The notes below the pieces were generated by a model. That model was not told the origin of the DNA. It searched no databases and saw nothing but the letters and a program-made list of their open reading frames with translations. The position numbers and the translations under genes are program-made. Positions 38,095 through 46,985 of a DNA stretch of 64,000 nucleotides are shown piece after piece. Position 1 is the stretch's first letter, and every line of letters starts with the position of its first letter. This DNA is from a virus, in the IMG/VR virus record IMGVR_UViG_3300032897_000003, positions 1 to 64,000 of that record. One strand, written 5' to 3'.

Positions 38095-38385
38095 ATGCCA
38101 CAGCAAGGTTCACTTTTCGAAGCTGAGTTCGTCAGTCAGAACCCAGCTCGCAACGAACAGACCAGGTCGGCGATTGTCGAAGTGCAGAACTACATCGTCG
38201 AGAAGGTTGCGGAGCGACATGGGGGGTACGCGCCGGTGCCGAACGATCCGGTGTTCACGGCCGTCGAGTGCCTGACCCATCTGGTTGGTGGGCTGATCGC
38301 CGAGAACCGCTCGCTCCACGAGAAGATCGCCAACATGGACTTGCGTCTGCGCGGGCTCGATAACAAGCGACCAGCGACATCGTAG
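38095..38385 (+). CDS. Hypothetical protein
   Basis: RBS GAGG. Confidence 0.6.
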   Translation: MPQQGSLFEAEFVSQNPARNEQTRSAIVEVQNYIVEKVAERHGGYAPVPNDPVFTAVECLTHLVGGLIAENRSLHEKIANMDLRLRGLDNKRPATS

Positions 38386-38387
38386 CA

Positions 38388-39995
38388 ATGAAGATCATCT
38401 ACAACGACCGCCAAATCACCCTTGCCGAGTTTTCTAACCTGCCGCCCGAACCGATGGAGACCACCATGCCCAACGACCCCGATATCAAAGTGACCCACCT
38501 GCGCTTCCGCGACTTTCGCGGCATCAGCGCTCTTGACCTGGACATCCCTCCGAGCGGCGTGGTGTTCAGCGGCACAAATGCCGCCGGGAAGACCAGCGCC
38601 CTCATGGGGCTGCGAGCCGCGTTCGAAGCGATTGGCATTGGCCCGGACGCAATCCGGTTCGACGCTGACAAGTTCGAGCTGGTCGTCGACACGAACCGAT
38701 TCCAGGTGCGGCGGGTGACGACTCGCAAGAGCACGAGCAGCGAGATGCTCGGCTCGGACGGCGTGCCCATCCCGCGGGCGAAAGAGCAGATGCGCCAGAT
38801 GCTCGGAGAGGACAGCCTCGACCCTCTGAAGCTGTACCTGTCAGACGCCAAGGATCGGCGGAAGCTGATTCTATCCGCGTGTCCAGTGCAGATCACGGTC
38901 GAAGATCTGAACGGCTGGTGCGAAACACAGCAGGAGTGGAACACCGATGGCCACGGGCAAGAGGTGTTGTCCCGCGTGCGGCAGATGTTCTTCGACAAGC
39001 GCACGAACGCCGGGCGAACGGTGGACCAGGCGAAGGCCGTGATGGAAGTAAAGCAGCGTGATGCAGACGCGATCCGCGTGACCGAGAAGGTCGACCCTCC
39101 GGAAGTGGTTCGCACGCACGTCGCCGCGATCGAGCGTGATCTGGCGGTGCTCAGCGAGCGCAAGCGGGCGGCGCTCGAGCAGGAGGAGGCCCTCGCATCT
39201 ACCAAGGTCAGGATTACCGAGATTCGAACGGCGATCGAAACGCGGATCCTCTCTCAAGAGAGGAAGCCAACCAGTGACGAGGTGGCCGAGGTCGATGCCA
39301 GGGTTAATGCGGCGGCCAAGCGTTTCGAGGAGGCGACCAGGGAGCTCGAGGAGGCAAGGAAGGCGCAAGCTTCGCTAGACGACCGACTGAAGATCGCAGA
39401 GGATCAGCAGAAGGACATCGACAGCCTCATGTCGCAGGCCAAGGATCTCGAAGCATCAGTCGTCAACGTGCAGTCGGAGTGGAACCCGGAGTTTCACGCT
39501 CACGTCGTCGCGGACAAGGAAAAGGATCTGGAGCAGGCGAAGGCCAACGTCCAGATGGCAGAGAAAGCTCAGCGCCACAAAGCAGCGCAGGCAGAGGTAG
39601 AGGAAGCCGAGCGCACATACCGGGAAGCTGAGTCGGCCTGGGCGAAGCTCGACCGCATCGTCAAACGCCTGACCGAGGAAGCGCCTGCCGTGCTGGCCAA
39701 ACGGTCGAACCAGATTCCAGGCCTGGAGGTCACGCCTACCGCCATCTTGCTCGACGGCAAGAACATCGACCTGCTCAGCGGGGCAGAACGCATGCGGCTG
39801 GCCGTGGAGGTGGCCAAGCGAGCAGCACGCAAGGCGAAGATTCTCACCATCGACGGTCTCGAGCAGCTCGCCCCGTCGAACCAACCCGAGTTTGTGCGGA
39901 TGTGCCTCGAAGGTGGGTACCAGCTGTTCGCGACTCGGGTCGCTGACGGAGCCCTCGACATCGTCGATTGCTACCAGCTGGCGCACAAGGAGTAG
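38388..39995 (+). CDS. SMC/SbcC-like ABC ATPase
   Basis: GTNAAGKTS, long coiled coil, LSGAE signature, ILTIDGLE. Confidence 0.85.
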   Translation: MKIIYNDRQITLAEFSNLPPEPMETTMPNDPDIKVTHLRFRDFRGISALDLDIPPSGVVFSGTNAAGKTSALMGLRAAFEAIGIGPDAIRFDADKFELVVDTNRFQVRRVTTRKSTSSEMLGSDGVPIPRAKEQMRQMLGEDSLDPLKLYLSDAKDRRKLILSACPVQITVEDLNGWCETQQEWNTDGHGQEVLSRVRQMFFDKRTNAGRTVDQAKAVMEVKQRDADAIRVTEKVDPPEVVRTHVAAIERDLAVLSERKRAALEQEEALASTKVRITEIRTAIETRILSQERKPTSDEVAEVDARVNAAAKRFEEATRELEEARKAQASLDDRLKIAEDQQKDIDSLMSQAKDLEASVVNVQSEWNPEFHAHVVADKEKDLEQAKANVQMAEKAQRHKAAQAEVEEAERTYREAESAWAKLDRIVKRLTEEAPAVLAKRSNQIPGLEVTPTAILLDGKNIDLLSGAERMRLAVEVAKRAARKAKILTIDGLEQLAPSNQPEFVRMCLEGGYQLFATRVADGALDIVDCYQLAHKE

Positions 39996-40012
39996 GAGAC
40001 CAACACGGGCTG

Positions 40013-40424
40013 ATGCTCAGCCGTCGCAGCACCCTCAAACGGTACACCACACTTAGGCGAGCTCGCCCCATCAAGCGAGTCTCGCCTAAGCCTCGTTCTG
40101 GTGGAGAGCCCGAGCGCCGCGCCTGGATTCGGTCCCTCCCATGCTGCGCCCCTGGCGCCCCTTGTGGCTGCTACGGGGCATCCGACCCGCACCATGCCGG
40201 CAGGAAGCCAGGCATGCGCCTGAAGGCCCCAGACGATACGGTAATCCCGCTGTGCCGGCAGCCTGTGCCGGCAGCACCACACCGACGTTGATGCCTTCTC
40301 GGGTCCCTTCCGCGGCTGGACCGGGGAGCAGTTGCGGGCCTGGCAGGACGAAAGGATAGCGGAGTACCAAGAGCGATTTCAGCGTAGGAAAACCGTGACG
40401 TTCCCGACAATAATCCCGGTATGA
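40013..40424 (+). pseudogene. DUF968/Ref-like HNH protein frameshifted by a 13-bp duplication
   Basis: WIRSLPCC...DPHH...IPLCRQ; removing one CTGTGCCGGCAGC restores PLCRQHH and a frame ending at 40424. Confidence 0.75.
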
Positions 40425-40648
40425 AACGCACGCGACACTTCGAACCTCCAGTCCGCCACATCTACACGCCACCCAAGACGGTAAGCCAGCGCCAACTGCT
40501 ACTCGATAGGAAGGCAGGGCTCGAGCTGGGTATTCGAGCAGCAAAGAAAGCCGCCAAGACCGCCGGTACGGTGGCCGACGTGCGTGTGATGAATGACACA
40601 CTTCGGTCAGTGAAGGAAAAGCTCGCCAAGCTCGGCCCAGTCTCTTGA
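40421..40648 (+). CDS. Small basic protein
   Basis: ORF track; ATGA overlap with the restored upstream gene. Confidence 0.55.
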   Translation: MKRTRHFEPPVRHIYTPPKTVSQRQLLLDRKAGLELGIRAAKKAAKTAGTVADVRVMNDTLRSVKEKLAKLGPVS

Positions 40649-41088
40649 CCGTCGTCAACCAATAGAAGTATCCGTAGCCATTGACAATTTGCGAACCGTG
40701 GATCCCGGGTATTGACTGCCTACGTGCAGTTACAGTACCGTAACGAATGCTCTCACGTGATGAACCAGGACCAGATAGTTTTTGCTCGTGCCCTCAGTGC
40801 TGCGCCTCCGCCGCTTGTCCTGGTACGTGTGAGCAGCGATCGTTCAGGCGTCGACGGCGTGGCCTTGAGGGCACGAGCTAGCGGCGGCTCGTCACCCGCC
40901 GGTCGGGCCGCCGCTGGCACGGAGGGGCGCCGAAATCGTAAAGTGGTACCGAGGGCGTGTCCGCTACGGTACAGGAAAATACAGGCCCGACGGCACCGAA
41001 TGGAAGGCCTCGGGTTTCTTCCCGTCGGTCTCGGTCCTGTGGAAAGTGAGCGACTATAAGTGACCTCGCTCTGTTGGAGGTACACACA

Positions 41089-42075
41089 ATGACTGGCGAG
41101 CGACCACACGCCCCAGACGTGTCGATCAGCATGTCTCTGCACCTCGGGGACAGCATGCGCGAGACAGCGCATCTCTCGCCCGCCGAGATGGGGGCCCACA
41201 TGCGCCTGACCATGGCGTCGTGGTCGCACGGAGGATACCTACCGGCGGAGCCCGACCGCCTGAGGAGGCTGGCAGGAGTCGATGTCGATGATTGGCCCTC
41301 GATTTGGTCCGTGGTGCAGGAGCTGTGGACAGTATCCGATGACGCAAGAATCTACCACCAGAGGACCCTGGAGGAGATTGAACGCGCTAGGGCAAAGAAA
41401 GCTAGCCACCAAGCTAGGGGAAAGCTGGGAGGACGGCCAGCTAAAGCTCAGCTTAAGTTGGAGGAAAGCTCAGCTTTAGCTGAAGGTAAAGCTAACAGCA
41501 AACCTAACGGTAACCTGTCGGCTAGCAGATCAGCTCGTCCTGATGTGTCTCAGGATCGCGGCAATCCGGTAAGTAGTGAATATTCCACAGCCGAGGAAAG
41601 CTCAGCTTTAGCTGAAGGTAAAGCTGGAGGAAAGACGCCTCCGCCTCCGCCTCCGCCTCCGCCAGATCTTCAGAAAAGGGGATCCGGATCCCCTACGGTA
41701 GTGGTAGGTGATGGCAGTAGTACACAGCACGTAGTACCAGCTGGGAAGTTGCGTCCATCGAACGCAGCCGATTTGCTTTGGTGTCTCCGGATCGCAATGG
41801 AGCAGCATAGGCCTGAGCTCGGGATGTGGTCTGGAGGCAAGTTCGCGCAGAAGGATGCCCGCGAGTTTCTCGAAGGCTTTGGAGGCAAGCTGGATCTCGA
41901 CGAAATCGAACGGAGGATCGAGCTGTTCGCGAAAAACGACGACATGAAGCCGTGGACGATGGACAAATTTGTCAGGTGCTACAATGCCTTGGGGTCGACG
42001 GGAGGGACAGGCTGGTCATCGCGATCCAAGCCCGGCGTGAGCGACGCCATGAAACGGGAGTTTGGCCTTGAGTGA
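41089..42075 (+). CDS. Replication initiator (DUF1376/YdaU-like)
   Basis: HLGD...TAHLSPAEMGAHMRL; internal direct repeats; upstream of the helicase genes. Confidence 0.75.
   Translation: MTGERPHAPDVSISMSLHLGDSMRETAHLSPAEMGAHMRLTMASWSHGGYLPAEPDRLRRLAGVDVDDWPSIWSVVQELWTVSDDARIYHQRTLEEIERARAKKASHQARGKLGGRPAKAQLKLEESSALAEGKANSKPNGNLSASRSARPDVSQDRGNPVSSEYSTAEESSALAEGKAGGKTPPPPPPPPPDLQKRGSGSPTVVVGDGSSTQHVVPAGKLRPSNAADLLWCLRIAMEQHRPELGMWSGGKFAQKDAREFLEGFGGKLDLDEIERRIELFAKNDDMKPWTMDKFVRCYNALGSTGGTGWSSRSKPGVSDAMKREFGLE
41461..41625 (+). repeat. 33-bp direct repeat pair, probable origin iterons
   Basis: GAGGAAAGCTCAGCTTTAGCTGAAGGTAAAGCT at 41461-41493 and 41593-41625. Confidence 0.75.
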
Positions 42076-42331
42076 CTTGGTTGAGCGGAAGAGGCTGTTC
42101 ATCGCTGGCATGGCAGCCTTGGCCGATGCATTCGATATCTCGCTGAGGGATGCGCGGGTCGCCGTCTACTGGTCAGTCCTTGGCCGATACGAGACCAGTG
42201 CGCTGAAGAAAGCCCTGCAGGAAGCGCTTGAGAACGAAAGCAGGTTCCCTTCTGTCGCCGACATCCGGAAGTACATCGAGCCGCTGCTCGACCCTCGGCA
42301 TCCTCCGACCTCGTACAAAGTCCTCGGGTAA
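42068..42331 (+). CDS. Helicase loader/inhibitor-like protein
   Basis: YW..L...RFPSVADIR; between the initiator and DnaB. Confidence 0.6.
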   Translation: MSDLVERKRLFIAGMAALADAFDISLRDARVAVYWSVLGRYETSALKKALQEALENESRFPSVADIRKYIEPLLDPRHPPTSYKVLG

Positions 42332-42371
42332 ACAGGAGAGTATTCGCCAATAATCGCAATTCAGGACCGCC

Positions 42372-45050
42372 GTGCAGTACCAAGCAGATCTTGACAAGAC
42401 CCCACCGCATGACCGAGCCGCAGAGCTCGCCGTGATCGGGTGCGCTCTGGTCACGCCAGAGGCTATCGTAGAGGTCGGAGAGCTGTACCCGACCGACTTT
42501 TTCTCGCAGGAATGTCAGGAGGCTTGGGGGGCGATCCAAGGCCTCGTCGGTGAAAGCTTGGCAGTAGATATCGTGACCGTTGGACAGCGGCTGAAGGACT
42601 CCGGGTGCGCGGATCGGTTTGAGGGCGGTTGGGCAACCTGGGCGGTTTCGGCGAGCTCGAATGTTCCAACCGTGCACAACGTGAAGCATTACGCAGACAT
42701 CGTCCGTAACAAGGCTATCTTGCGCAAGCTGATCGCAGTGGCCATCGAGACGATGTCGAGAAGCTATTCAGGGGCGAAGGCCGAGGACGTGTTGCTCGAC
42801 CTCACTTCAGCCGTGTCGGAGCTTCAAACCAGGGCCACGAGCAAAGAGCCTGCGCTGCTGAAAGACGCCATTCCAGTCGCCATCGAAACCATCAGCATGA
42901 AGTGCGACCCGAGAAATCACAACGTGCTGGTGCGGACAGGAATAGCCCCCTTGGACGCACACATCGGAGGGTTGGCACCGGAGGAAATGGTTGTTGTCGC
43001 GGCCAGGCCTGGAGTCGGGAAAACGAGCTGGGCGAATGGAGTGGCTGAGTACGCGGCTGGAGTTTGCGGGATACCGACTCTGTACATCTCCGTCGAGATG
43101 TCCCAGCAGCAGCAAATCGAGAGGTTCATTTCGATGGAGAGCGGGATCCCTGCGACGGCATTCCGCTCGGGAAGAATCGACGGGAAGACGCTGACCCTGG
43201 ACCATCACAAGAAGGTCCTGCAAGTAGGCGAGCGGCTGATGAAGATGCCGCTCTGGATAGACGCCGAGTCGATGACCCTCGGGCGTATCTTGAGCACCTC
43301 TCGACGGTGGCACGCAAAGCACGCGGTTGCCTCCGGCATGAAGATTTGTCTCATCGTCATCGACTACCTGCAGCTCATAGCAATGCAGGCGCAGGAGAAG
43401 CCTATCCCACGCGAGCAGCAGGTAGCGATGATTTCGAAGTCCTGCAAGTGGCTGGCGAAGACTCTGAAGTGCCCGGTGCTCGTGTGCAGCCAGCTCAATC
43501 GCAAGGTGGAGGAGCGAGGTGGGGAGCCAGTGTTGTCGGACTTGAGGGAGTGCCTTACCGGCGAAACGCGCATCTGGGACGCAGCTACGGGAGGGACGGT
43601 CTCCGTGCGCGATTTGTCAGCCGGCGGAAATGCTCTCGTGTGGGGTATTCGCGACCGGTACCAGATCGGATCCGCAATGGTGAGTAAGGCCTGGTCGACA
43701 GGCGTAAAGCCGGTGTACCGAGTGCAAACCGCCAGTGGCCGGGTGATACGAGCAACCGGGAATCATCCGTTCCTGACGGTTAGTGGATGGACGAAACTTG
43801 CCGAGGTGGCGCTCGGAGAGCGTATCGCTGTACCACGCTTCATCCCGCAGCATGCGTGTAAGTATAACCCGCACACCGTCGACCAGCTTCGTCTGCTCGG
43901 GTTCCTGATTTCCGACGGACACTATGGAAAGAACAGGTCGGTCGGATACGTGAAGGGAGACCACGTCCTTGTCGACGAGGTCCGGAGGATAGCGAAGTCC
44001 TCCTTTGGTATCGACGCCAAAGATCATCCCTGCCATGGAATCGCACAGCAGATCGAGCTCACCACGAAGCAAGCTGGCCCGGGGTGCAATCCGGTGATCA
44101 ACTGGCTGAAGGCGCTTGGCGTTCACGGTCAGTTGGGTCCGAAAAAGCGGATACCAGAATCGGTGTTTACCTGCGACAATGACCATGTTGCGGAATTTCT
44201 GGGTGCACTTTGGTCAGGCGATGGCTCTGTGGTTCAGAGGAAGACGGGGGGATGGGTACTCAAGTTCGCATCGACCAGCAGAGGACTCCTGCAAGACATC
44301 CAGCGCATGCTGTTGCGCTTCGGAATCGTGAGCGTGTTGGGTAATCCAAGACGCAACAGCAAGTCGACGATGGACATAGCCACTGTCACGATCGGAGATG
44401 GGGATGCAATTGCCGCATTTGCAAGGCAGATTAGGCTCCATGGTGAGAAGCAGCGAAAACTGGAGATTGCTGCCCAATGGGTTGCCAGCGAGCGCGAGCA
44501 TGAAAATGCCAGGGCAGATCGCATGCCAATCGAAATCACTGCTCATGTTTCGGCATTGAAAGAGAAGCGTGGATGGTCATGGGAAGAACTAGGATATCGC
44601 TGTCAGAAAAAGGAGATGAGCCGCGCTTCTCTGGGCAAAGTCGCTCGTAAGCTCGACGACGACAAACTGCTTGCCCTTTCCGATAGCGACATCCTGTGGG
44701 ATCAGGTCGTGGCAATTTCCCCGGACGGCAACGAAGAAGTGTTCGATGTCTCAGTGCCAGCCATGGGGAACTTTGTCGCCGATGGCTTTTTTGTCCATAA
44801 CAGCGGCGCCATAGAGCAAGATGCAGACATCGTGTTCTTTCTGCACCGGTCGGAGGATGAACAGAGCACCGTCGAAGGCGAAGTCATCTCGTGGCTCATC
44901 GCCGGAAAGAACCGCAACGGCCCGGTCGGAAAGTACAAGATGAAATTCGTTGGCGGGCGGACGAAGTTCTTCGGTGCCGAGCAGGATGACGACGGGGCCC
45001 GGGACGCCATGGGCGATCCTGCCGATGATCCACATTGGAGCGACAGATGA
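42372..45050 (+). CDS. dnaB: Replicative helicase DnaB with intein
   Basis: AARPGVGKT, IVIDYLQL, SQLNR, SDLRE|intein|SGAIEQDAD, KNRNGP. Confidence 0.95.
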   Translation: MQYQADLDKTPPHDRAAELAVIGCALVTPEAIVEVGELYPTDFFSQECQEAWGAIQGLVGESLAVDIVTVGQRLKDSGCADRFEGGWATWAVSASSNVPTVHNVKHYADIVRNKAILRKLIAVAIETMSRSYSGAKAEDVLLDLTSAVSELQTRATSKEPALLKDAIPVAIETISMKCDPRNHNVLVRTGIAPLDAHIGGLAPEEMVVVAARPGVGKTSWANGVAEYAAGVCGIPTLYISVEMSQQQQIERFISMESGIPATAFRSGRIDGKTLTLDHHKKVLQVGERLMKMPLWIDAESMTLGRILSTSRRWHAKHAVASGMKICLIVIDYLQLIAMQAQEKPIPREQQVAMISKSCKWLAKTLKCPVLVCSQLNRKVEERGGEPVLSDLRECLTGETRIWDAATGGTVSVRDLSAGGNALVWGIRDRYQIGSAMVSKAWSTGVKPVYRVQTASGRVIRATGNHPFLTVSGWTKLAEVALGERIAVPRFIPQHACKYNPHTVDQLRLLGFLISDGHYGKNRSVGYVKGDHVLVDEVRRIAKSSFGIDAKDHPCHGIAQQIELTTKQAGPGCNPVINWLKALGVHGQLGPKKRIPESVFTCDNDHVAEFLGALWSGDGSVVQRKTGGWVLKFASTSRGLLQDIQRMLLRFGIVSVLGNPRRNSKSTMDIATVTIGDGDAIAAFARQIRLHGEKQRKLEIAAQWVASEREHENARADRMPIEITAHVSALKEKRGWSWEELGYRCQKKEMSRASLGKVARKLDDDKLLALSDSDILWDQVVAISPDGNEEVFDVSVPAMGNFVADGFFVHNSGAIEQDADIVFFLHRSEDEQSTVEGEVISWLIAGKNRNGPVGKYKMKFVGGRTKFFGAEQDDDGARDAMGDPADDPHWSDR
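43551..44801 (+). mobile_element. Intein with LAGLIDADG homing endonuclease (417 aa)
   Basis: CLTGET...ATGNHPF...LLGFLISDG...FLGALWSGDG...FFVHN|S. Confidence 0.95.
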
Positions 45051-45250
45051 CGCCACAAAGCCGCAAGCTCTGGAGGATCCACGACAAGGCCTTCCGCCAA
45101 GCCAAGGCAGATGGGGCATGCTTCGACTGCGCAACTGACGCCGGGTTCGCTGCGACGGATACCGTCGCCGGACAAACGAGGGTGGCCAAGCTTTGCCCGA
45201 AGTGCACACGCAACACGAAGGAAAGGACGACACCATCATGGCCATGCTGA
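45047..45250 (+). CDS. Small CxxC Zn-finger protein
   Basis: CFDC...CPKC. Confidence 0.5.
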   Translation: MTPQSRKLWRIHDKAFRQAKADGACFDCATDAGFAATDTVAGQTRVAKLCPKCTRNTKERTTPSWPC

Positions 45251-45657
45251 GACGACTGCCCGTAAAGCTCACCAACGAGGAGTTGCTTGACCGGAGCAAG
45301 TCCCTAACCACGGAGCTCGACAAGAAGGACGCCCTAACTGCCAAGAAGAAAAGCGAGGCGGAGAAGATCGCGGGCGACATCGCCCTAGTCGAGGAAGGAA
45401 TCCAAGCCCTGCGAAAAGCGCTCCGTGACGGAGAAGAAGAGCGCGATGTCGAGTGCCACGTGCACAGGGACTTCGACAACCACACGGTGGTGACGATCCG
45501 TAACGACACCGGCGAAATCATCGAGGAGCGGCCCATGACCCAAGCCGAGCTGCAGACGTCACTGCTCGACCGTGGCGCCGAGCAACACGGGAAGCTTCTC
45601 GCAATCAACGGCGACAAGCCGAAGGGAGACGAAGAGAAGGACAAGCCGAAGAACTGA
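45238..45657 (+). CDS. Hypothetical coiled-coil protein
   Basis: RBS AAGGA. Confidence 0.7.
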   Translation: MAMLRRLPVKLTNEELLDRSKSLTTELDKKDALTAKKKSEAEKIAGDIALVEEGIQALRKALRDGEEERDVECHVHRDFDNHTVVTIRNDTGEIIEERPMTQAELQTSLLDRGAEQHGKLLAINGDKPKGDEEKDKPKN

Positions 45658-45698
45658 ACCGACACACGAGGCTGGACCACCATTCGAAAGGAGACCAT

Positions 45699-46361
45699 AT
45701 GCGACGACCGAAACCACCTACGAGCATCAACAACGTCAACGTCAGCCCGACAGCACCAGCGGACAAGCCCGGCGGAGAAAACCCGATCGAGGTTACGATC
45801 CGTCCGCTGAACCTGCAGCGCACGACCATCAAGATCCGCGGCATCAGCACGCTGATCATGCACGCCTGGAGTCAGAAGGCCATCAAGATGATCGAGGACA
45901 AGCAGCAGAAGAAAGCCACGGGGCCGCGGAAGGCGAAGGACCCGCAGGCCGACTTCGAGAGCGCGCGATATCGCATCGACAAGAACACGGACGGGATCCC
46001 GGCCATCGCGCTGAAAGCGTGCGCTGTCGAGGCCGGCGTGTTGCTCGGGCTGAAGAAGACGAACTTGCGTAAGTCCTTCTTCGTTGGGCCCGACGGCGAG
46101 GAGCTCATCCCCATCATCGTGGCCGAAGAGCCAGCGATGAGGCGGGACATGGTGCGAGTCGGGATGGGCACCAGCGACGTGCGGTACCGACCGGAGTACA
46201 AGGACTGGAGCTGCGAGATTCCGATCGAGTTCAACGCCGACGCGATCTCGGCCGACCAGCTCGTCAACCTGTTCGACCAGGGCGGGTACTCCGTCGGGGT
46301 CGGCGAGTGGCGGCCCGAAAAGGACGGGACGCACGGAAGATTCAGGGTGGTAAGCGAATAG
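45699..46361 (+). CDS. Stand-alone RAMP/Cas7-like protein
   Basis: Beta1 IKIRGISTLIMH, GIPAIALK (RAMP IP..SLK-like), C-terminal Gly-rich loop GGYSVGVGEWRPEKDGTHGRF. Confidence 0.7.
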   Translation: MRRPKPPTSINNVNVSPTAPADKPGGENPIEVTIRPLNLQRTTIKIRGISTLIMHAWSQKAIKMIEDKQQKKATGPRKAKDPQADFESARYRIDKNTDGIPAIALKACAVEAGVLLGLKKTNLRKSFFVGPDGEELIPIIVAEEPAMRRDMVRVGMGTSDVRYRPEYKDWSCEIPIEFNADAISADQLVNLFDQGGYSVGVGEWRPEKDGTHGRFRVVSE

Positions 46362-46367
46362 CTGCCC

Positions 46368-46982
46368 ATGCTGAACCACCTGGCACAGTTGCCGCGCCCT
46401 TCCCTCGACCTGACAGAAGGAGACTGTGAGATCGTCCGCAAGACGCTCGAGCAGTTGAAGTCGGAAGGGCGTGCGACACCAGATGCATTCCTCACCGCAG
46501 CGGAGCCGGAGGACAGTCCGCTCCATAAGTTTTTCGAGTGGGACAACGACCGGGCTGCGCACGAGCACCGCCTACTGCAGGCGCGCCAGCTCGTTCGCAC
46601 GGTTGTTCTTCGTCCCGTCCGCGTGGAGACGACCAGGAAAACCATCAGCGTTCGCATAAATCCAAGCGTGCGAGAGGAGGATGAGGACGACGAGCGACCG
46701 GAGCCAAGACTGCCTCTTCCGACCCCGATACCAGAAACGCAGGTGACAAGAGGGAAAATCAAGGAGCTGGCGGATCGAATCGAGGATGCGCTCAAAGATG
46801 CCCGTGGAACCATGGACATCTTCGACGAGATGAGAACGCTGCGCGAGATCTTGGCAGACCTACGGCAAAAAGCACCCTGGGAGGGAAAGCGTTGCCCGAA
46901 GTGCAGCTTGCTCGGGCATGCTCCAGGCTCACGCTTCTGCACCCCGGTGAACCAGTGTCTAGGAAGAAAGGCGATCGACTGA
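46368..46982 (+). CDS. Accessory protein between the RAMP-like gene and the array
   Basis: TPDAFL..A...SPLHKFFEWD..AA..HRL.QARQL; C-terminal CPKC...C. Confidence 0.7.
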   Translation: MLNHLAQLPRPSLDLTEGDCEIVRKTLEQLKSEGRATPDAFLTAAEPEDSPLHKFFEWDNDRAAHEHRLLQARQLVRTVVLRPVRVETTRKTISVRINPSVREEDEDDERPEPRLPLPTPIPETQVTRGKIKELADRIEDALKDARGTMDIFDEMRTLREILADLRQKAPWEGKRCPKCSLLGHAPGSRFCTPVNQCLGRKAID

Positions 46983-46985
46983 CAT

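Noticed and set aside
44751-46942. Long minus-strand ORFs (605 aa, 356 aa) and similar ones elsewhere
   Set aside because: Antisense shadows of high-GC + strand genes, with no recognisable motifs
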